Assembly (NCBI GenBank): GCA_000165425.1
Contig: CT867986.1
Location: 186,001-250,000 of the forward strand
Direction of reading: 5' to 3'
Source: Paramecium tetraurelia
Lineage: Eukaryota
DNA length: 64,000 nucleotides
This document shows positions 55,799 to 64,000 of this stretch, piece by piece (position 1 is the first letter of the stretch; each line of letters begins with the position of its first letter). The position numbers and the translations under genes are program-made. The notes below the pieces were generated by a model that worked only from the letters and a program-made list of their open reading frames with translations, was not told the DNA's origin and ran no database searches.

Positions 55799-57416
55799 TC
55801 ATTATGAAAATTATTTCTTCACTCTTTCAAATGTTTTTAATACAATTGATTCCCCATATACTAAAGTCTTGATTTCTTCAAATAGATTTTCACAAACTAA
55901 TGCATATGTAATATTCTCATTAACAACATTATTCTAGTTCAATAAATAAAGGACATATCTTATGGCTCTATCAATCAATTTGTTATTTGTTGGTCGAACA
56001 TAGATCATGATATTACTTTAATATCTACCTATTCTGCCCATCAATAAAGTCGAATGGATATTAATAAGACATTTAAGAACAATATTTTATCCCAAAACAT
56101 CATTAATAGCGTTGATCTTTTCAAAATGTATTCTCTCTAATTAGGGTGACACAAATTCCCAAGACATTTCTAATTTATCTTGGTCATAAGCAATCCTAAA
56201 TTAGTAATGATTCCCTCCAGCATATTTGGTTCTCCTCTCTACTTAGTCTTAACTTATATCATGAGAGAGCACTTGAAATATGATAATGAATTATACATTT
56301 CTCTAATCCAACCTTATGTTAATATTTATGCCAATAGTTTGATGACAAGGCCCTTGGTTATCTACCATATAGTAATGATTCCCAAGCTTATAGAGAGTTA
56401 TTGTATTTTTATTCAGAATCATCCATCACAAAATACGACCAGCTGGGATTGATTGGATTATCTAATATACTTTCAAAAGGATGTAAACTAAAAGTTGGAC
56501 ATCTTAATTATTATTTATACATCTATACCTTTCAGTAGTATCAGTTAAAATGTTAATAGCAATATTAGGCTTAGATCTATAGAATACATATTCTTTCCTC
56601 AAATAGCAATCTGCTTCTAATTCAATGAACTTTGCAATAAATTGATAAGCGTCTATGGATTCATAATATTGTCTAACATTTTTGATTGAATTTGTAGCAT
56701 AATCAATAAAGTTTTCTTTGCATAAAATGGCCAATCCAATTGCATAAGTCAAAACAGTAGAACATTACATTCTTGTACTTCCAGTGATAGCTTAGTGGCC
56801 AACAGAGAGATTTATTTTATTAATATTTGGATTGTTAAAAACATCTTAACTTCTTTAAACTGTCAATACTTCATCTGGATTGCAATATAAGAAAAATGGT
56901 TAGCCCAATTTTACTTGCTTCTTAAGCAGCTCCAATAACCCAAGGGGTTTCTCCTCCTTCTGTCGATGATATTAATAAATCTCCCTCTTTAAAGCCCAAT
57001 TCATTTAATTGCTAAGCTCCAAATTCAGGATGATCTTCAAAATCTTCTACTGATGCTATAATAGCCACGTCCCCTCCAGCCATAAAAGATATTATATTAT
57101 CTTGCTTTGTAATTTATCTATATAAGGTTTCCAATGTTAATGCTAGTCTTCCAGTAGATCCACATCCGCAAATGAATACTCTATTACCTTTAGACCAAGT
57201 ATCCAAGACCATCTGATTCATGTGTGCCAATTAATCCAATTTATTCATCAATACATCGAAAACAAGCATATCCAAGTCTTTCATTCTCTAGATTCCAGTT
57301 TTTAAATCATTTTTGGCAAATTCAGATAAACCAACTGTGTGAGGATGAGCTTATTCAGTTATTAAACCTCCCAAACTAAATTATGCACTAATTTCTAAGA
57401 AATCTTTATAATTCAT
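55799..57416 (-). CDS. MurQ/GCKR-family SIS-domain protein (MurNAc-6-P etherase-like; one apparent +1 frameshift)
   Basis: LITEQAHPHT, RVFICGCGSTGRLA, FMAGGDVAIIASVEDFED, EGGETPWVIG, VGHQAITGSTRMQ, STLLMGRIGRYQSNIMIYVRPTNNKLIDRA; extra base at 56904-56906. Confidence 0.88.
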
Positions 57417-57435
57417 AAACTTTATTTATATAAAA

Positions 57436-57968
57436 TCACAATGAATATTTTTTGAAATTGTCATAACTAACTCCTTTAGGATCGCCTTATGACATTCTGT
57501 TGAATATTGCTAACATATCTGCTTCAGTTAAATGACTATCCTTATAATTCTTCATTAAAAATACAAATTCTAACATAGACTACTTTAAAAGAGATTACCT
57601 TATTAATTCAAAAAGCCATCTTTGTCAGAATCATGTCTTTTAAATATCTTTTGTAAAAATCTATCCGTAGTTTCTTCATTGATATACTTTTCAACTGAAT
57701 TCATAGCATTACAAAATGATTCCTCATTAATCTCATCCTTATAACAATGACTTTTAAATGATTGGGTTATAAGATTTTTGAAATTCTGTTTAGCTTCTCC
57801 ATTTTGATCATTAGGGTAGAATAAGGAACTCACCATTTCTGCAATTAAATCAATTTTAATTCCTAATGAATCCTATTGTTGGAACTCAAAGGCTAGAATT
57901 CTGTAGATTTCCTTATTAGACATCGTCTTAGTTTTATGTGCCTTCTATTTATTTTACTTGCTATCCAT
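57436..57968 (-). CDS. EF-hand calcium-binding protein
   Basis: IFKRHDSDKDGFLN..EF loop plus degenerate EF hands; one intron. Confidence 0.85.
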
Positions 57969-58027
57969 GTATTGATATGAAATATATTATAAACAGTTAT
58001 AAATATTAATGTATACTTTGTAACACT

Positions 58028-59244
58028 TCATTCAAATTAATGTCTAATGGAATCAAAATATTGGTGCTTTAAAGCATCCTTTGGAGTGATCCTTTTTTTC
58101 TAGTTTAAATTAGAATCAATTATTACAGCATCATACTACATCAATTTCTACAATAGATCCAATGCATCAGATTAACAATACTATGAATTGTTAGCATTAA
58201 CGAATTTATTCAAATTGACAGGTTCATAGTTTGGAAAATCACTAAAATCAAAATTTACATTGATCTTCTAAGCAACCTCTTTCAATCCTTCCGTGCCAAA
58301 CACTCTCGCTATACGATGCATATATTAGACTTTCTCCTTCCCCAATTTTTTGGTCCCTTTAAATGGGTTGCTCTCTTTAAAGATCTTTTAATATTCATAA
58401 ATAACATGATATACCATCTAAGCAAACATGAATCCCACTGCATAGACATCTATTTAATAATCATAATACTGGTATCTCAACAATATTTCTGGAGATTGAT
58501 AAGATCTGTGTCATTAATAATTATACTTAGTTCCAACTGAAGGGTTTTTTGGTCTACCTGGTACATAATACATACTCAATCCCCAATCTATTAATTTATA
58601 TAGTTTAGTCTTTGGATTTGCGATAATGTTGGCTGGCTTAATATCTCCATGAATTACACCTTTGGAATGAACGTAATCTAATGCCTGGATTATATAAATC
58701 AATATACTTTTAGGGTTTGATAAAGAAACAACTTGTTACCATTATCAGTCATTGTCTTTATCAATTAAGATGTTGGAAAGACTATATATCTATTATATAC
58801 TAATGATACAGAATTATTGTTTCTTATAACATCTACTAATGGAGAAATTAAGTCATGACCTTATACTGTTTGCATAAACACAATTTCTCTTTTAATGCTG
58901 TTCCATTTCAGACTCTTGAAAGTCTTGATCACAACCTTATTCTTTGTTGATTTTTATAATCCTAAATAAGCATGTCCTGAAGCTCCTTTGCCTATATAAG
59001 TCTAGAATTCGTAATCGCTATAATTCCCAAAATTGATTCTCAATTATTTATAATCAAGATCTTTTTCAGATTTTCCTTGATTTGCAGTAGCGTAATACTT
59101 AGGTAAGATGTGTACTACGCTAGCTCCAGTTTCTTTTAAGCTAACTAGATTGCTGTCATATTTATTTGTATTGAGGACAGAAACGTAGGAAAAAGCAATT
59201 ATCATTAATCCATAAATCTGAATATACTATTCAAATTTTTTCAT
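58028..59244 (-). CDS. Divergent CK2 alpha-like protein kinase with N-terminal hydrophobic segment
   Basis: GKGASG, VVIK, IKREI, ALDYVHSKGVIHGDIKPAN, LIDWGLS, SPEILL..YYDY..D; two introns. Confidence 0.9.
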
Positions 59245-60002
59245 TAAATAAAAAAATGCTTTATAATTTGATCAAAATATGACTAATTGAAATGCTCAAA
59301 AGTATATAGGGATTAATCATTATTCTTTAAATTTCAACCCATTCTTCATTCAATCAAGGAAGAATCAATCTCGATTAGGTTTTCTGCATTTGATATATTA
59401 ATCTATCCATATAATAAAATGATAAAATACAATTATAAATCATACTAACTCACCTTATATTGTCACATTTTAACTAAAGAATTACGAAAAATATACATTT
59501 TATCATCATACAAGAAAATTCAAATCTTGAGAATATTAAGATATTAATATTATTTGAAATACAAAAAAAGACATGAAGTAAGAACTACTTCCAAATCTAT
59601 AGATTGGTTTATTAACAATCCTTATATATTTGCGGTTAACTGCAAAAGATAATCTTAGAGTAGAAATTTTTTGGATTATATAATTGTAACTAAGTATATT
59701 TATTCTCAAATTTCTAATAGTCTATCTAGCAGTCTTTTAAATTAGGCAGCATCTCTCTGATACTAGATTAGAACAATCAATTTAATATATCATTCTTGAA
59801 ATTCTGAGCAGAAAAAATGCTTAATCTGCTGTAATATCATAAACCATATTGAGTTTGAAGTTTATTGGAGAGGATCTTAAATGACTCCTTAATATGAATA
59901 ATCATAATTTGAGTGAGTTACTTGATGATACTGTTTAACAGGGGAATGAATTAGATCAAGTTTTAGAAAGTTAAGATTAATGGTTTATAATAAAATTAAA
60001 TT

Positions 60003-60908
60003 ATGTAACAGGAAAGCATATACAACTTAATTCCAAAAGAGTATGTCCCTCCACCTAAGGAGCCCATGTATAGATCTGCATATCCTTCAAATCTTGTTCC
60101 TACTGGCAGCACTTTTAATAACTACACAACAAGCAGACCAAAAGTACTTTTGTCGGTTATCTTTTAAGATTAACAATATCAATGGAGAATTTGAATTAGT
60201 CAAAGGTCCTCATTCTCACAAAGGATAGTCTAATTCGTTGGGTAGACCCAAAGGTAAATTGAATATGATGATGAGATAGGCTCATATAAACCTGATACAA
60301 CTATGTTCAGATTGAAGAACACTGGAACCATGGGATCAAATTAATTACCTGAGAGTATCATAGCATTGTTAAAATTTAGTTCAATCTTATAAATATCCAC
60401 CCTCTGTCAAACCCTAAGTCCCTAAAAAGGATGAGAAGCCAATACATGGTTTGAAATCAAATAAAAACTTTATAATAACGAATGCTGTTGAAAATATCCT
60501 ATCGGCCCCAAAGTAAATTGTTGAAGATGTTGCTTGGACATCCAAAAAGGATTATGGGAAGGTTCCAGATTATTTAACCAAAATAAAATCAAGCATTTCT
60601 AGTGAATATGAAATCATAAGAAACATGCATATTAGTGAGGCAGAAGAAATGGACAAATAAAAATATCTTATGTCTTTGGAAGAAGTTCAATAACTAAAGG
60701 AAGGACTCAAAAAGAAATGGGAATCAGTCAATAAAGAGTATTAATCAATTACTCATATCAGAATGATTGACACCGTTGGTTTGAAAAGAAAGTATATCTA
60801 ATTATGACTATTACAAGGAAGGAGTAATGTGAAAAGGAATTAGCCTAATTAGAAAAAGATATAGAAAAATTAAACAAGAACTATGTATTTGTTGATACAT
60901 AAAAGTGA
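60003..60908 (+). CDS. ENKUR: Enkurin (axonemal protein)
   Basis: MQQESIYNLIPKEYVPPPKEPMYRS...KNFIITNAVENIL...DYGKVPDYL...GLKKKWESVNKEYQ...LEKDIEKL. Confidence 0.92.
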
Positions 60909-61018
60909 TTCCATTTTATAATATCAATAGCAATTTTAGTATATTTCCAATTTATTATTTTCACTTATCAACTATCTTAAATCTGGAGTTTTGGTATTTA
61001 AGTAAAAAAATAATATTA

Positions 61019-63305
61019 ATGGATAAACAATCTTAAAAAGTTAGAAAATCTATTTCTAATTACACTTATGATTTGAATGACTTGATTGGCTAGGGCTATT
61101 CATCAAAAGTGTACAAAGGACTTAATACCCTCACGAATCAAGTCGTTGCAATTAAAGTCATAAGTATATAATAACTAATCACTCCAATCTCCAAAAGTTT
61201 ACTGAAAAATGAAATCAATGTATTGAAATTAATTAATCACCCAAATCTAATGAAAGTGTTTGAAACCTTTGAAACCCAAAACAACACGTATTTGATATGC
61301 GAGTATTGTAATGAAGGTGATTTAGCAGATATTTTGGAAACATCCTCATTCTCAGAAAATGACGCTTTAAAAGTTCTACAGCAAATCCTCCAAGGAGTCA
61401 AAGCATTACATGATCAAAGTAACACCTTTTAAGTAAAATTTCTTAGAAATAATACATAGAGATATTAAACCAGCCAACATTTTGAAATCTGATGGTATGT
61501 TCAAATTGGCCGATTTTGGGTTTGCAGTTATTGAAAACCAATATGAAAGCATCATCAAAAAGTTTAACGTTGGAACTCCAATGTACATGGCACCTGAAAC
61601 AATTTAGTACAATGAGTATTCAGAAAAATCAGATATATGGGCTTTGGGAGTTGTCTTGTATCAAATGATTTACAAACAAATGCCATAGAATTAAAAATTA
61701 GAAAATGACATTGAGAAGAAGCATGCAGCACTAATTAATAAAATTTTAACTGACAATCAAACATCTCAAAAAACGAAAGAACTCATTCTAAAAATGCTTA
61801 GCATGGATCCAGAAAAAAGAATTTCTGTTAATGACATTATTTAACTACTCAATCCTCCTCCAAAAAAACTAACTACCATCTCCCATCAGAATATTTCTTT
61901 TAAATCCATAAAATCAATACCTGCATCTTTAGACCTCCATTCCTCTAGAACTCTATTTGATGATAATTTACTATCCAAATAAATCATAAAAAGTTAACCT
62001 GATGAAGTCGCAGAGAATAATTAAATATTTTCTAAAACCTAAAATTGTAAAGATCATGCAAACCCTAGAATCATCAAAGTCAATTAATTTAGTTCCTTCA
62101 AAGATCTTAAAATTACCAAAAGTCCTATCAAAACTATATAGACTTAGACCTAGTAAAATCCATGTATTTAATAGCAACCTTAATAAACATCAAAGCCTTC
62201 TTACAATCTAAATTTGCAACCTATAGGTAAATCGTTTAAAGAATCTCCTCTTAAACTAAGGGAATAACAATAAACAAGAAGGCTTAAAACTTAAATTTCA
62301 AATGAATTTATTGACCCAACTGAAAAAGAATCAAATTTCTTGTCAGATAAGGCAAGTGTAGTTAAAGTACCTCAAACCAATATTAATCCGAATCAAACTC
62401 CGCTAAAAACTGTTTAAAACAAAAAGTCAAGTCACAAAAATGCTAATGCCCTTGATGAAAGTGAATGTATCTAAAGTAGTCATCAAAATAGTACCAATGA
62501 TACTATTAAACAAAATTAACTTTCTAATTGTTTATAAATTTTCCAGGAAAGACAGAACTTACAAGAAAATCATTCAAACAATCAAAACTAACTTAACAGT
62601 CATTTTAAAAAAATTAAATCACCAATTAGAATTATTCATTCATAAAAAACTATTGTCACTCCACCTTTTAAGTCCTCCGGTATTAGCGAATAAAAGAAAT
62701 AGTAAGATTCTAAACCCAACTATTATTTATAAACCAAAGGGAATTCCCCCATCTTTTAATAAGAATCATTATCATAATTGATATAAAATTTATCCATAGA
62801 AAAAATTATCACCGATTTCTCATCCAAAAGGCATGAAGAAAAAGAAAGATAACCACCTGCAAAGATAAGGCCTACCTTTAAATTCCTTAATTATCTGAAT
62901 TAAATAATTAAAAACTTTGACAATATTAATACAGAAGACAAATAAAAATGCTATTTTCTCTTAAGAAAACTTTTAGGAATCAAAGCAACATATGTATAAT
63001 AATGCTATCCATAATATAAATAAGAATAAATATAAGTATACATTGATAATTTCTTGTCTTATTATGCTAAAGTTGAAACAATATTTTATACTTCCCCTGA
63101 TAAATCATTTGAATAATTTTTCAATAAAGATTTAACTTAATATAGTATTAGTTTTTCATAACTATTGTTATATTATCTTTAAAAGATTTCATTTAGCAAA
63201 TGGAATTAAGATATTCAAATAATTTCAGAAATTATTTCTGAAAATGTAAGATAATCAAATGATCCAGTGTTATTTGCTAGAAGATGGGAAAATGATTAAC
63301 CATGA
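61019..63305 (+). CDS. Ser/Thr protein kinase (ULK/CAMK-like) with long C-terminal extension
   Basis: IGQGYSSKVYKG, VAIK, HRDIKPAN, DFG, GTPMYMAPE, DIWALG. Confidence 0.93.
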
Positions 63306-63397
63306 TTCTTATAGTTTTTATTTTAAATTAGAAAAACAAACGTTTTTATTAAGATTATAATTTACAAATATCAATATTTAATATATATCAAGGTATT

Positions 63398-64000
63398 ATG
63401 GGCATTTGTTAAAAGAAAAATGTAAAGGACAATTCTTAAAAGCACACGGGATACGAGTCAGAATAAGTTGTAGTTTTGACATGCATAAAGAGCCACATCG
63501 AATATTTCGATTAAATAGATTTAGAACTCCTTAAATATCCTGATGTTTCGCTGCTATTGCGAAAACATATCAAAAACTATAAATTCATAGAGGAGGGAAA
63601 GACTTGGGTAGTAGTAAAAGAAATCTAAAGTTTCTTAAATAATAAAATAACAATATTGATTAGAAATTTCAATCCTGAAACTGATGCCGCCTTGTAGTTG
63701 ATATAGATTTTTAAGAAATTAGTATCTTCAACCTAAAAGTTATTGGAATCTTCTGTTAAGTTTAATGAAGCAAAGGTTGAATTATTTTAATCATTCCAAA
63801 ATTAATTGGTCTAAGTAAAAGAAAATGATAATTTTAGACTTCAATAGAATGCCTTATTATTGTAAATACATTGATTTCAAAAAAATTACAATGGTGGAAT
63901 GATGAATATTTTTAATGGAGGCAGAATCATTTAATTTAGACGTTTCTCATTAAAAAAATAGATAAAAGTAATAAAGAGATTATAGGATCCATATATGACT
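63398..64000 (+). CDS. Hypothetical protein with MGIC N-terminus, truncated by the window end
   Basis: MGICQKKNVKDNSQKH...; one 22-nt intron; frame open to the window edge. Confidence 0.7.

Noticed and set aside
18708..59244. CK2 beta and CK2 alpha-like genes as a functional cluster
   Set aside because: They are about 38 kb and many genes apart, and both families are multi-copy in ciliates

Overview
Very AT-rich, gene-dense eukaryotic DNA that reads as a Paramecium-type ciliate macronuclear chromosome. TAA/TAG code for Gln and only TGA stops (code 6), and genes carry tiny ~20-32 nt GT..AG introns, so the supplied standard-code ORF track is fragmented or on the wrong strand. I re-read both strands by hand and found about 40 protein genes. 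Recognisable ones: RPL3, RPL27, RPL6, RPL17, mitochondrial bL21, a PIG-O/PIG-G-type GPI ethanolamine-phosphate transferase, two DHHC palmitoyltransferases, CK2 beta, a divergent CK2 alpha-like kinase, p24/GOLD, an LRR protein, PDI (P5-like), an RCC1-repeat protein, TBCCD1-like, BUD20/ZNF593, a PAP2 phosphatase, enkurin and a Ser/Thr kinase. No tRNA, rRNA, telomeric repeat, transposon or CRISPR was recognised. Most worth follow-up: (1) an apparently intronless, bacterial-type MurQ/GCKR-family SIS gene that could let a bacterivore metabolise prey peptidoglycan sugar; (2) a HEXIM-like basic+PYNT protein head-to-head with a degenerate TGS1-like methyltransferase; (3) a tandem pair of secreted 16-Cys proteins with a shared upstream ACGTCAT element; (4) an RPA2/Teb2-like OB-fold protein; (5) four otherwise intact genes each broken by one extra base. 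All homology calls are by-eye motif recognition, not database results. Coordinates are hand-derived and may be off by a few bases.
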